Shown: positions 9,726-18,878, counted from the stretch's first letter. The stretch is DNA of 32,000 nt from Candidatus Methylomirabilis oxygeniifera (GCA_000091165.1 FP565575.1:420001-452000); one strand, 5' to 3'. Numbers and translations: made by a program. The notes: generated from the sequence alone by a model not told the origin.

Positions 9726-11463
9726 ACAATGCTTGTTGCAGCGCAGCGTGCAGCGTCGCCAGGGCGGCCCCCACATCCGGACCCAGATGCATCCGCAACG
9801 CCCGACGACTGCGCTCCGCTAAGACCTGAAAGTCACCGCGTGCCTGAGTTGCCTTGACCACGCCAAAGCTGTACTGGTATCCCGGGATAGGCAGGTCGAA
9901 GGCGTCACCGCAGGTGATCTGCAGGAAGACGCCGGTATTCGGTCCGCCCTTGTAAGCCTGGCCGGTCGAGTGCAGATAGCGCGGCCCAAAACCTACGCAC
10001 GTCGCCACACGTTTATTGTCGCGGACAGCGTGACGCAGCAGTTGAAGCGCGCGTTCATGGGCTTCGTTCATCTCGATATAGGCCAGGAGGGCGAAGTAAT
10101 CGCCAAGCCTGATCCGGCTCAGGTGCGCCCTGAGATACCCGACGAGCGACCGATCGGCTCCTGTGGCCTCCTCCAGTATCGCGGTGTTCCGCTCGTCACT
10201 GAACAGTGTGATACCGCTCTCCTGCAGGATCGGGGACTCTGGAGGGATTGTGCCTGTCTTCTCATATGCCGACGTCAAGGCCCGCGTCGCCACCTTGCTT
10301 GCTTCCACGTCAGGCTGATCGAAGGGGTTGATGCCGATGATGGACCCGGCTACTGCAGTCGCGATCTCCCACCGGAAGAACTCAGCCCCCAGGTCGTAGG
10401 GATCGGTTACGGCAATCCGGACCACAGGCTGGCCGGCCCGTTCGAGGGCATCCAGTACCGCATCCTGGCACGGAACCGGGGCAGAAATCATTCTGAGGTA
10501 GATAAACACGCGATCCGTGTCGTAGACCTCTGGAGGACCCAGCGGCTCACGATCGACGGGGATCAGTCCCTTCCCCGCTTTCCCGGTCGATTCGGCGAGC
10601 AGTTGCTCGATCCAGGCGCCGAGGTGCCGAATACCGGGCGAGGCGATGAGAGTCACCTTGTCGCGGCCAGCACGGGCAAGGACGCCGAGGATGGTGCCCA
10701 GGACGACGCCGGGGTTCTCCTCGGCCGGGACACACGAGGCGCAGGCGTGCGCCATCTCCTCGGCGCGGTCCAGCAGCTTCAACACGTCTACTCCCATGAT
10801 CGCCGCCGGAACCAGGCCGAAATCGGAGAGGGCTGAGTATCGGCCACCGATGCTCGAGAGACCATAGCAGATGTGACGAAAACGAAGGCGCTCAGCGAGT
10901 TGCTGTAACGTCGAGCCTGGGTCAGTAATGGCGATAAACCGGCTCCCGGCCTCGTCGATACCGATGACCTGTCCCACGCGTTCAAAGAAATACTGCGTGA
11001 AGATGTTCGACTCCAGGGTGGTGCCAGACTTGCTCGATACGATGAAGAGGGTGTTGGCCATATTTACTTGCGCCTCGAAGGCCCTGACCTGAGCAGGGTC
11101 GGTCGAGTCCAGCACGTAAAGCTTAGGGTAGCCGTTCTGTCTACCGAACGTCCTGGCCACCACCTCGGGACAAAGGCTGGAGCCCCCCATCCCCAGAAGC
11201 AGCGCATCCGAGAACCCTGCGGATCTCACCTCTTCGGCGATGGTCCGCAGGCGGAGGCATGTCGCCTGCTGGTCCTTGGTGATCCGCAGCCAGCCCAGCC
11301 ACTCCCCTTCATCCGTCCCCGTCCAAAGGGTGGCGTCGCGCGTCCATAATCTTTCAACCTTACCCTCTGTACGCCAGGCTTCGAGCGACGTCCGGATAGA
11401 GGCGGCGAGCTTGTCGGGTAGGGCGACGGTCTGTCGGCTGAGCAACGATCGCAAGGGTGTCAT
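9721..11463 (-). CDS. pgi: Glucose-6-phosphate isomerase (resembles the PGI half of transaldolase-PGI fusions)
   Basis: LLGMGGSSLCPEV, FIVSSKSGTTLES, GIGRYSALSDFG-type SSIGGRYSALSDFGLVPAA. N-terminus VERLWTRDATLWTGTDEGEWLGWL is like the linker of TAL-PGI fusions. Confidence 0.88.
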   Translation of the reverse strand: MTPLRSLLSRQTVALPDKLAASIRTSLEAWRTEGKVERLWTRDATLWTGTDEGEWLGWLRITKDQQATCLRLRTIAEEVRSAGFSDALLLGMGGSSLCPEVVARTFGRQNGYPKLYVLDSTDPAQVRAFEAQVNMANTLFIVSSKSGTTLESNIFTQYFFERVGQVIGIDEAGSRFIAITDPGSTLQQLAERLRFRHICYGLSSIGGRYSALSDFGLVPAAIMGVDVLKLLDRAEEMAHACASCVPAEENPGVVLGTILGVLARAGRDKVTLIASPGIRHLGAWIEQLLAESTGKAGKGLIPVDREPLGPPEVYDTDRVFIYLRMISAPVPCQDAVLDALERAGQPVVRIAVTDPYDLGAEFFRWEIATAVAGSIIGINPFDQPDVEASKVATRALTSAYEKTGTIPPESPILQESGITLFSDERNTAILEEATGADRSLVGYLRAHLSRIRLGDYFALLAYIEMNEAHERALQLLRHAVRDNKRVATCVGFGPRYLHSTGQAYKGGPNTGVFLQITCGDAFDLPIPGYQYSFGVVKATQARGDFQVLAERSRRALRMHLGPDVGAALATLHAALQQALC

Positions 11464-11831
11464 CGTCTCGTCCTGTATCTGAACGCTGAGAGTAGCATCT
11501 GTTGGTGTGTGGTCGTTCCGGATTGTTACTCATCTTACTCGCAGTTGGGATGCGGATCAAGGCCAGGTCGCCGTCTTCGTTTCCCCTTGACATCCCTACG
11601 AGGGTCAACTTAGCATAGGTGGGACGGCATGGGGTCCTCCTCTTATCCCCTCCGCCACCGCGTTCCTGCGTAGTTGTCGGAAGAAGGCGATGGGGTTCGT
11701 CTGGCGATCCATGCAGGTTCGGGACATCAGGCATCTCAGCACACAGAGAAACTGTACAATAGTGAGTCTGCTCACCGTTGAGTACGGCGGGCAACACGTA
11801 TGCAACCAGCGCACACAAAGGAGAAGCAATA

Positions 11832-12218
11832 ATGAAATTTCTGCGTAAAATGTTCAGTGGGCAACAGATGGCTGCGGAGGCGAGCAGTGAACAGTCCGAA
11901 GAGCCAACGGAAGTCGGGCCACGACAGGTGCAAGGTGTGCTGATTCTTACTCGTCAACCCCTGAGTGATTCGTGGGGATTGCTGGAGCAGATCACCGCCT
12001 TGCAACAGTCCAAAGGTTACCGTATTTCTCTGAATTGCATCTCGAAAGCGGCTATTACTGACAAGCTTGACGATGAAGCGTTTCTTCACGAAAAGATTCG
12101 AAAGGAGTTCGCTAAAATCGGCGGTGAGGACCTTATCGCACGAACCAAGATGTACCCCTGCCAGGCGTCTGGTGGCAACACCGGTATTTATTGCGTCATC
12201 TTTGACCGTCCTGAGTGA
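11832..12218 (+). CDS. Small hypothetical protein (128 aa), no family recognised
   Basis: ATG at 11832 preceded by AAAGGAGAAGCAAT (plausible SD). Divergent from pgi; not overlapped by a better gene. Confidence 0.6.
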   Translation: MKFLRKMFSGQQMAAEASSEQSEEPTEVGPRQVQGVLILTRQPLSDSWGLLEQITALQQSKGYRISLNCISKAAITDKLDDEAFLHEKIRKEFAKIGGEDLIARTKMYPCQASGGNTGIYCVIFDRPE

Positions 12219-12466
12219 GGGTATGCTGCACGTAACGCTCGCGTCGCCGGACGCGGGACCCGGATGGCCGGCACGCCTGTCAGACGGGCGGTCAACCCGT
12301 GGCACTGTGCTGCGCGGCCGACGCATCTTCGCAGTCAACACGTCCTATCCGAATATTTCTTGAAGAATCGTCGAACGTTTCGAATCACGGCGTGTCTAAG
12401 CAATAGTTCGTGCGGTGCGAACCTATCCGTTGTCTGCCGTGTACCGTATTGAAAAAGGAGAACAAG

Positions 12467-12802
12467 GTGTCCGACTCGTTTCATCGCGTTGTGAGCCTTG
12501 GATGTTTTATCGTGCTGTTCGCCGGATGTGTTGCAGTGGGTGAGGAGTTTCGGACGCCGACTGCTGAGATGATTAAGAACGGGGTGACCACGCGGGCTGA
12601 GCTGCTGCGGCTCTTTGGTTCACCGACTCAGGTCGGCATTGAGGATGGGAATCAGACCTGGACGTGGGTCTATGTGAGGGCGGGCAGCTTCAGCCGGAAC
12701 CTGTCCAAGGAACTGCATGTCACATTTACCGATCGGGGGGTCGTCAAGTCGTACTCGTACACCTCGAGCTTACCGGAGGAGGTTGGACGAGACATCCGGT
12801 GA
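12467..12802 (+). CDS. SmpA/OmlA (BamE)-domain-like small lipoprotein
   Basis: GTG at 12467 after AAAAAGGAGAACAAG; lipobox-like VLFAGC; NGVTTRAELLRLFGSPTQVG ... TWTWVY typical of the SmpA/OmlA fold. Confidence 0.75.
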   Translation: MSDSFHRVVSLGCFIVLFAGCVAVGEEFRTPTAEMIKNGVTTRAELLRLFGSPTQVGIEDGNQTWTWVYVRAGSFSRNLSKELHVTFTDRGVVKSYSYTSSLPEEVGRDIR

Positions 12803-12899
12803 GGACGTGGAGAGGAGCGCAGAGGCGCGCAAAGCCGCCGGGAAATGATCTTGACCATGATAGATGGTGGTGGTATAAGCACAACTTAAGGGCCATGAG

Positions 12900-13619
12900 A
12901 TGAATGTTGTAAGCCTCGTTGTGCAAGCGGGAGTGGTTGCTCAGGCGGTACTGCTCATTTTGCTGGGTTTTTCCCTGATGAGCTGGACGCTGATCTTTAT
13001 GAAGTTCGGAGTGTTCCGGCGAGGCCGACGAGAATCGGCCCAGTTCCTCCACATCTTCCGATCGGCCAAGAACCTGACGACTGTTTTTGAAGAATCGAAG
13101 CGATTCACCAAAAGTCCCGTTGTGAGCGTGTTTCAGGAGGGGTATCGAGAGCTCAGTCAACTGGTAAAAGGCGGTCAAGGTCCGGCCGCACAGTGGCCGA
13201 CCGCCAATGAGCCAAGATCCGCGGTCCCCGAGGCGCCCCTTCACAAGGAGCCGCTCGATCTTATCAGCCGGACCCTCCGCCATGCGAGCATGAAGGAGGT
13301 TGCGCAACAGGAACGCTATCTGATCTTTCTGGCGACAACGGGCAACGTCACACCGTTTGTCGGTCTTTTCGGAACCGTGTGGGGGATTATGAATGCCTTT
13401 GCAAGTATCGGTCAGGCGGGTTCAGCGAATCTGGGCGCTGTGGCGCCGGGGGTTGCGGAGGCCTTGATCACCACGGCGGCCGGACTGGGGGCGGCTATCC
13501 CGGCGGTAGTCGCGTATAACTATTTTCTGAATCGGGTCAGAAGGCAGGCGACTGAGATGGAATTATTCGGCCTGGAGTTTCTCACTCTGGCTGAACGGAT
13601 TCTGGCGAGGAGCCGCTGA
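12900..13619 (+). CDS. tolQ: TolQ/ExbB/MotA-family proton channel
   Basis: N-terminal TM, LIFLATTGNVTPFVGLFGTVWGIMNAF, TTAAGLGAAIPAVVAYN. Followed by the tolR/tolA/tolB/pal order. Confidence 0.92.
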   Translation: MNVVSLVVQAGVVAQAVLLILLGFSLMSWTLIFMKFGVFRRGRRESAQFLHIFRSAKNLTTVFEESKRFTKSPVVSVFQEGYRELSQLVKGGQGPAAQWPTANEPRSAVPEAPLHKEPLDLISRTLRHASMKEVAQQERYLIFLATTGNVTPFVGLFGTVWGIMNAFASIGQAGSANLGAVAPGVAEALITTAAGLGAAIPAVVAYNYFLNRVRRQATEMELFGLEFLTLAERILARSR

Positions 13620-13624
13620 CGGCG

Positions 13625-14062
13625 ATGGCATCACCGGGTATAGGTTCCGACGAGCGACCCGGCGGCAGTGCGCTCTCCGAGATCAACATCACGCCGTTTG
13701 TCGATGTCGTCCTGGTCCTCCTCGTCATTTTCCTCATTACGGCGCCCATGATGCTCAGGGGGATTGATGTCAAAGTGCCTAAGACCGAGACCAAGAATGT
13801 CGGGCCCGAGGAACGGCTGATGCTGACGGTGACCAGGGAGAAAGCCGTCTACCTGGATGGTCAGCCCGTCACGCTTGTCCGGCTGGAGCGGGCTCTTGTG
13901 GGACTCCGGCAACGTAACGCGAAGGCGGCCGTGTTCCTTCGGGCCGATGAAGGGGTGTCCTATGGCGTTGTCGTCAAGGTGATGGATGCGGTGAAGAAGG
14001 CCGGAATCGAACGGTTGGGAATGGTTACCGAACCGATTCCACCCGTAGTGAAAGGACAGTAG
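13625..14062 (+). CDS. tolR: TolR/ExbD-family protein
   Basis: SEINITPFVDVVLVLLVIFLITAPMM, single TM, ExbD-like C-terminal domain. Directly follows tolQ. Confidence 0.92.
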   Translation: MASPGIGSDERPGGSALSEINITPFVDVVLVLLVIFLITAPMMLRGIDVKVPKTETKNVGPEERLMLTVTREKAVYLDGQPVTLVRLERALVGLRQRNAKAAVFLRADEGVSYGVVVKVMDAVKKAGIERLGMVTEPIPPVVKGQ

Positions 14063-14063
14063 C

Positions 14064-14900
14064 GTGGTGGTGGGAGCCATCGGACGGCGCCTTCCCGTGT
14101 CGGCAGTATCGTCTTCGTGCGGTCTCTCGTTCCTGCTTCACGGACTGTTGGCGGTTGCGGTGGTGTACGGCCCGCAGTGGCTTCACGGTAAGCCGTTCAT
14201 AGCACCCCTCAACTATGAGGTGACGCTGATCTCCCCGGCTGAAGAGAACCGTGAGTTGAGGCGAGGTGCTGCGCTCCCGGCTCAGCCAAAGGTGGCGACC
14301 GCAGCGATCAGCGTGCCGGCCGGGTCGCGGGAACTCCTGACGCTCCCGTCGCTATCCAGAACCACCAGCCCCAAGGCTCAGACCGATGAGCTGACGTTGT
14401 CGGCCAAGCGCAGAGCGCCCACTCGTCTGCCTGTCGCGCCGCCGTTGACGACGCCTGGTCCTCCGAAGATCGTAGCCCCACTTGTGGCGTCTGTTCCTGT
14501 CGGTGCCCAGCCTGGAATCATGTCGCCGGTTGTAGATCCTGCGAAAGCGGGAGCCGGTCGAGATCCGGGTACGGTCGCAGAAACCGGGGTGACTGTGGGG
14601 AATACCGATCCGGCGTTGGCCTATTACTTCGTCTTGATTCAGGACAAAATTACCAGCAACTGGATGCCGCCAAAGATGAGTCCGGGAGCGATGGCCGGCG
14701 TCAGTGTCTCCCTGAGGATCCTTCGTTCCGGGCAGATTCGCAATCTGGCTGTCGGATCATCCTCTGGAGATCGTCTGCTTGACGACTCGGCCGTTCGCGC
14801 CATCAGTCTTTCGAGCCCACTGCCTCCGCTGCCTCCGCTGTATAAGGCCGAGGCGCTCTCGCTCGAGTTGCGTTTCACTTTTGTGGGAGAAAAGAGCTGA
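14064..14900 (+). CDS. tolA: TolA/TonB-like periplasmic energy-transducing protein
   Basis: GTG at 14064; N-terminal TM, Pro/Ala-rich linker, TonB_C-like end (YYFVLIQDKITSNWMPP...VSLRILRSGQIRNLAVGSSSGDRLLDDSAVRAI). Position between tolR and tolB. Confidence 0.8.
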   Translation: MVVGAIGRRLPVSAVSSSCGLSFLLHGLLAVAVVYGPQWLHGKPFIAPLNYEVTLISPAEENRELRRGAALPAQPKVATAAISVPAGSRELLTLPSLSRTTSPKAQTDELTLSAKRRAPTRLPVAPPLTTPGPPKIVAPLVASVPVGAQPGIMSPVVDPAKAGAGRDPGTVAETGVTVGNTDPALAYYFVLIQDKITSNWMPPKMSPGAMAGVSVSLRILRSGQIRNLAVGSSSGDRLLDDSAVRAISLSSPLPPLPPLYKAEALSLELRFTFVGEKS

Positions 14901-16270
14901 TGCGATCGAATCGATACATGAGCATTCGCCGCGCGATCTTCGCCTTCGGTTTACTGGTTATCACAATACCCCCGCTGTCGGCCCTGTCCGCAGAAGAAAA
15001 ATACACCGTAGACATTGTGCGAAAGGAGGCGCAGAAGATTACGATTGCGGTCGTCGGCTTCCCGTCGCTGAAGGCTATCTCCAAGGGCGAGGATCTCGGT
15101 GCACAGGCGGGCGCGATCCTGACCGATGATCTGAAAAACACGGGGATCTTCGATGTGATTGATCCGTCGTTCCTCCCGGTCGAAGCTGCCCAGGTCGGTT
15201 TTGGCCAGGAAAAGGGGCTGCTGCCGGCACTGAACTCTCTGAAGGTTCAGGCTGTCGTTGTCGGAAAACTCTCGTCGCGGGGCGACGAGCTTGTCGTGGA
15301 GGGTCAGCTCTTTGAGGTCACGAATGGCGAGATGCTGTCCGGTAAGCGGTACGCCGGAGATCCCCGGACCTTGCGGGCGATGGTGCATCGCCTGGCAGAC
15401 GAGATCGTCTTTCGGCTGACTGGAGAAAAGGGGATCGCCTCCTCCAAGATCGCGTATGTCTCCTCCGTCAATGGCGCCAAAGAGATCTATGTCATGGATT
15501 ATGACGCCTATAACCCACTCCTGATTACCGGCAATCATTCGATCAATCTTTCTCCGCGGTGGTCTCCAGACGGTAAGAAGATCGCCTACACCTCCTATCG
15601 TGATCACAATCCCGACCTCTTCGTCGTCGATCTGGAGACGGGGCGACGTCAGAAGATCTCGTCCAACCCCGGACTCAATGTGGCCCCGGCGTGGTCTCCG
15701 AATGGGAAATGGCTGGTCTTCTCGATGAGTAGCGGGACGGGCACCAACCTCTTTCTCATCCGGCCGGATGCGACCGGTCTCCGTCAACTGACGCAGGGGC
15801 CGCACATCGACATCTCTCCCTCCTTCGCTCCCAACGGGCGACAGATCGTATTTAGTTCGGATCGTGGCGGCACACCCCAGATCTATCTGATGGATGTCGA
15901 AGGGACCAATATCCGGCGCTTGACCTTCGGGGTCGGCGATTACAGTGTGTCGCCTCGATGGTCTCCGCGTGGCGACAAAATCACCTTTGTGGGTAGAACG
16001 CGCGGGAGCTTCGATATCTTCCTGATCAATCCAGACGGGACGGGATTGACGCAGTTGACGTCGAATTCGCGCAATAATGAGGAGCCGTCGTGGTCGGCTG
16101 ACGGGCGGCATCTTCTCTTTACCTCGACGCGGAACGGACATCGGCATCTGTACGTGATGAAGGCCGACGGATCGGATCAGCGGCAATTGACCAAGAACGG
16201 ACAGGAAAACTACCTCGCAGACTGGTCGCCGTCGGCGGGGGTAGGCAGTGCCTTTCAAAGGATACCGTAG
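14900..16270 (+). CDS. tolB: Tol-Pal system beta-propeller protein TolB
   Basis: Repeated WSPDGKKIAYTS-type blades (SPRWSPDGKKIAY, APAWSPNGKWLVF, SPRWSPRGDKITF, EPSWSADGRHLLF). Start overlaps the tolA stop (TGATG). Confidence 0.94.
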   Translation: MRSNRYMSIRRAIFAFGLLVITIPPLSALSAEEKYTVDIVRKEAQKITIAVVGFPSLKAISKGEDLGAQAGAILTDDLKNTGIFDVIDPSFLPVEAAQVGFGQEKGLLPALNSLKVQAVVVGKLSSRGDELVVEGQLFEVTNGEMLSGKRYAGDPRTLRAMVHRLADEIVFRLTGEKGIASSKIAYVSSVNGAKEIYVMDYDAYNPLLITGNHSINLSPRWSPDGKKIAYTSYRDHNPDLFVVDLETGRRQKISSNPGLNVAPAWSPNGKWLVFSMSSGTGTNLFLIRPDATGLRQLTQGPHIDISPSFAPNGRQIVFSSDRGGTPQIYLMDVEGTNIRRLTFGVGDYSVSPRWSPRGDKITFVGRTRGSFDIFLINPDGTGLTQLTSNSRNNEEPSWSADGRHLLFTSTRNGHRHLYVMKADGSDQRQLTKNGQENYLADWSPSAGVGSAFQRIP

Positions 16271-16341
16271 AGGTATGACCGGGCTATCGGCGGGATGATG
16301 CAGAAGGGATTCTTGGTGAGCACAATGGGAGGGAATACGAG

Positions 16342-16986
16342 ATGAGGTGGACGCAGCGAATAGGGATCGGTTCAACGATGACAGTGGCCGTTATGGCGTT
16401 ATTTCTGACCGGTTGTCCGAAGAGGCCGGATGTTGTCGAGACTGTTCCAAGACCGAGTGCGCAACAGGGCGAGGTCGGCAGGCCGGTGCCTCCGCCGGCG
16501 CCAAAAGTCGCCGCTCCTGAGGAGAAATTCCCCGCTGAGGTCGCAGTCCAGCCGCCGGACACTAGGCCGACTGCTGAGACCGGCGCGGTTCCGGAGGCCA
16601 AGATTGCTGAAGCGGAGGTCGGACAGGAGGCGGCGGCAGCGGTGCAGGCGAGAGAGCTGAAGGATATCTACTTCGATTTCGATCAATCCGCCATTCGAGA
16701 TGATTCCAAGAAGCTGATGGATGAGAACGTCGAATGGTTCAGACAACACTCTGCGGCCAGGGTCACGATTGAAGGTCATAGTGACGAGCGCGGTTCCAGC
16801 GAGTACAATCTTGCACTTGGCGAGCGGCGGGCCAGGGCCGCACGCGATTACCTGGTGGCTGCGGGGATCGCGGCAAATCGGATCGGTACCATCAGTTTTG
16901 GGAAGGAGCGCCCATTTGTTTCAGGGCACGACGAATCGACCTGGAGGTGGAATCGACGGGCCCATTTTGTCCCCGTTGCGAAATAA
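16342..16986 (+). CDS. pal: Peptidoglycan-associated lipoprotein (OmpA-like C-terminus)
   Basis: Lipobox ALFLTGC; DIYFDFDQSAIRDDSKKLM; TIEGHSDERGSSEYNLALGERRARAARDYL. Confidence 0.94.
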   Translation: MRWTQRIGIGSTMTVAVMALFLTGCPKRPDVVETVPRPSAQQGEVGRPVPPPAPKVAAPEEKFPAEVAVQPPDTRPTAETGAVPEAKIAEAEVGQEAAAAVQARELKDIYFDFDQSAIRDDSKKLMDENVEWFRQHSAARVTIEGHSDERGSSEYNLALGERRARAARDYLVAAGIAANRIGTISFGKERPFVSGHDESTWRWNRRAHFVPVAK

Positions 16987-17005
16987 CGACGCAAGGCAGG
17001 CAGAT

Positions 17006-17055
17006 AGGCTGAAGACTGAAAGGAGCAGGGGACTGAACCTAGAGGTCTTCAGCCT
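17006..17055. repeat. Perfect 11-bp inverted repeat (AGGCTGAAGAC ... GTCTTCAGCCT) in the pal-cpoB gap
   Basis: Arms 17006..17016 and 17045..17055, 28-nt spacer, no T-tract afterwards. Confidence 0.65.
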
Positions 17056-17074
17056 TCGGCCTAAACCCCTGATG

Positions 17075-17098
17075 GCTGGGTGCTGATTGCTGAACGCT
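17075..17098 (+). repeat. Heptad-period degenerate repeat (GCTGGGT GCTGATT GCTGAAC GCT)
   Basis: Three contiguous 7-nt units plus a partial in the pal-cpoB gap. Confidence 0.7.
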
Positions 17099-17115
17099 CT
17101 TTTCGAAGGAAAGGG

Positions 17116-18375
17116 ATGAGACGTTATTCTCCGTTAGTGACTGCGTTGATCCTTAGTGCGCTGACCATGGGGTGCGAGGGGGATCTGCCCTTGCGCATGG
17201 TTCAGCGGGATGTAGACGTCATGAGGAGTGAGGTCGCAGCCGTCGCCAGGACCGGCGAGGGGACCAGGACGGCTGTCGAAGAGCGGATCAGGAGGACTGA
17301 GGAACGCCTGGAAAAGAGTGACCGTACCCTGGTTACTCTGGAAGAGAAGTTGAGGAAGTTGGAGTCGGATATTAAGAGCCAATCCGCAAAGACAGCCCAG
17401 GAGCGACAGGAAAGGCAGGCGTTCCTTCAGTCTCAGGCTGCGCTCAGCGTGAAGCTGGACGAGTTGACCACGGGGGTACGGCTGGCTCAGGGACAAACCG
17501 AAGGGATGGGCCACGGCATTACGGAGGTGAATAGGCGCGTTGATGAGTTTGGGCGTCGGATCGATCAGATCGGGCAGCGACTGAACGGGTCCGACAAGCA
17601 GGTCAGCCAGGCCGCCGGCGCCGCGCAGGAGGCGGCAGCCGTGGCCAGGCAGGCGACGGCTGTCTCTCAGCAGACCGCGCAGCAAGTGACGGCGGCCCTT
17701 CAACAAATGGCCCATCAGACAAACGTGGCGATCGAGCAGGTCAACGCAACCGCGCAACTCGCCCTGGCCGAGGCCAGAAAAACGACCAAGGGAAAGCCGA
17801 CCACGGGCGCTGCTGGCTCGTCTCGTACTGAGATGCAGGCCCCGTTCCCGGTGGTGACCCCGATTACGGCGCCCCCTCCGGTTCCGTCCGCACCGACTGC
17901 TACGGCTCCAACTCAGTCGGTTGCGCCTCCTCCGCCCGCCGTCCGGACAGCCGAGTCGCCTCCACGCCCGATTCCGGCTGCGAAGCCGGCGATCAGGACG
18001 GAGAGCGCCGGCGAGCTATACAGAAATGCCCTGAACGACTATGCGAAAGGCGATTACGAGTTAGCGATCAGCGGTTTCCGAAGTCAGATTGAGCTCTATC
18101 CCAACTCCAGCCTCCTGCCGAACGCCCGGTACTGGCTCGGAGAGTCATATTACAGCCAGAAGCAGTACGACCAGGCGGTCACGGAGTTTGCGGTGCTCGT
18201 GAAGCAGCATCCGGAGCACCCAAAGGCGGCGAGCGCTCTGCTCAAGCAGGGGTTTGCGCACCTGGAGATGGGGGACAAGCCCAAAGGGCGAACGGTACTC
18301 GATCGCCTGCTGAAGCAGTTCCCAAAGTCGCAGGAGTCCAGATGGGCGAAGGAGCGGCTGAGTCAAATCAAGTAA
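17116..18375 (+). CDS. cpoB: CpoB/YbgF-like Tol-Pal accessory protein (coiled coil plus TPR)
   Basis: ATG at 17116 with GGAAAGGG upstream; ALTMGC lipobox-like; coiled-coil N-terminus; C-terminal GELYRNALNDYAKGDYELAISGFRSQIELYPNSSLLPNARYWLGESYY TPRs. Follows pal. Confidence 0.88.
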   Translation: MRRYSPLVTALILSALTMGCEGDLPLRMVQRDVDVMRSEVAAVARTGEGTRTAVEERIRRTEERLEKSDRTLVTLEEKLRKLESDIKSQSAKTAQERQERQAFLQSQAALSVKLDELTTGVRLAQGQTEGMGHGITEVNRRVDEFGRRIDQIGQRLNGSDKQVSQAAGAAQEAAAVARQATAVSQQTAQQVTAALQQMAHQTNVAIEQVNATAQLALAEARKTTKGKPTTGAAGSSRTEMQAPFPVVTPITAPPPVPSAPTATAPTQSVAPPPPAVRTAESPPRPIPAAKPAIRTESAGELYRNALNDYAKGDYELAISGFRSQIELYPNSSLLPNARYWLGESYYSQKQYDQAVTEFAVLVKQHPEHPKAASALLKQGFAHLEMGDKPKGRTVLDRLLKQFPKSQESRWAKERLSQIK

Positions 18376-18386
18376 GGCGAGGGAGA

Positions 18387-18878
18387 GTGTGTAGGGTTCG
18401 GCATGGCATTTCGTCAGAGCCGACCGTCTCCAAAGACGGAGCCTTACGAACGATCATTGCCCTCAAAGCCCTTGGCGGAGTTCTGTTCTTGCTGATCGGC
18501 CTTGGTGTCTTTGCCCTGGTCAATCGCGACGTTGCCGTTCTGGCGGAGGAACTGGCGGATTCGCTGGGTATCGATTCGGACAATCATTATCTTCTGCGGT
18601 CGCTCGAGTGGCTCATCGGCATTTCTCCGAAGCAGATCATTGCCGTAGGGTTTGTGACCCTCCTCTACTCAACTCTTCTACTGACCATGGCTTGGGGACT
18701 TCATCTGGGGCGGGTATGGGCCGACTGGCTGACGATCGGCGCGACGGGGCTCTTTATTCCTGTTGAACTGTACGAAGTGGTCCGGTCGCTCCGCCTCACC
18801 TATTCAGTCGTGCTCGCGATCAACATCTTTATCGTGTGGTATCTCATTCGCCGCCGCATCCGGTCATTATCGTTGTAA
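18387..18878 (+). CDS. DUF2127-like predicted membrane protein
   Basis: ALRTIIALKALGGVLFLLIGLGVFALVNRD and VWADWLTIGATGLFIPVELYEVV with several TM segments. Start uncertain (GTG 18387 proposed; ORF opens at 18342). Confidence 0.7.
   Translation: MCRVRHGISSEPTVSKDGALRTIIALKALGGVLFLLIGLGVFALVNRDVAVLAEELADSLGIDSDNHYLLRSLEWLIGISPKQIIAVGFVTLLYSTLLLTMAWGLHLGRVWADWLTIGATGLFIPVELYEVVRSLRLTYSVVLAINIFIVWYLIRRRIRSLSL

Noticed and set aside
11588-11611. Inverted-repeat-like TTGACATCCCTACGAGGGTCAA as an operator or terminator
   Set aside because: Arms are short and imperfect with a bulge, and no T-tract or clear promoter arrangement; within chance expectation.
11360-11818. Minus-strand ORFs in the pgi upstream region (also 11605..11829), considered as a transaldolase remnant or leader gene
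   Set aside because: No transaldolase motifs or coherent domain; one overlaps the pgi N-terminus in another frame. Treated as non-coding.
12067-12363. Plus-strand 98-aa ORF overlapping the orphan ORF
   Set aside because: Different frame from the ORF with the good SD, Arg/Pro/Ser-rich composition, no family similarity recognised.
14951-16375. 474-aa antisense ORF opposite tolB
   Set aside because: The sense frame is a clear TolB beta-propeller; the antisense ORF is rich in Arg/Pro/His and crosses the tolB end with no RBS or recognisable domain.
17134-17757. 207-aa antisense ORF opposite cpoB
   Set aside because: Shadow ORF opposite a coiled-coil region; leucine-rich appearance reflects the complement of Gln/Glu codons.
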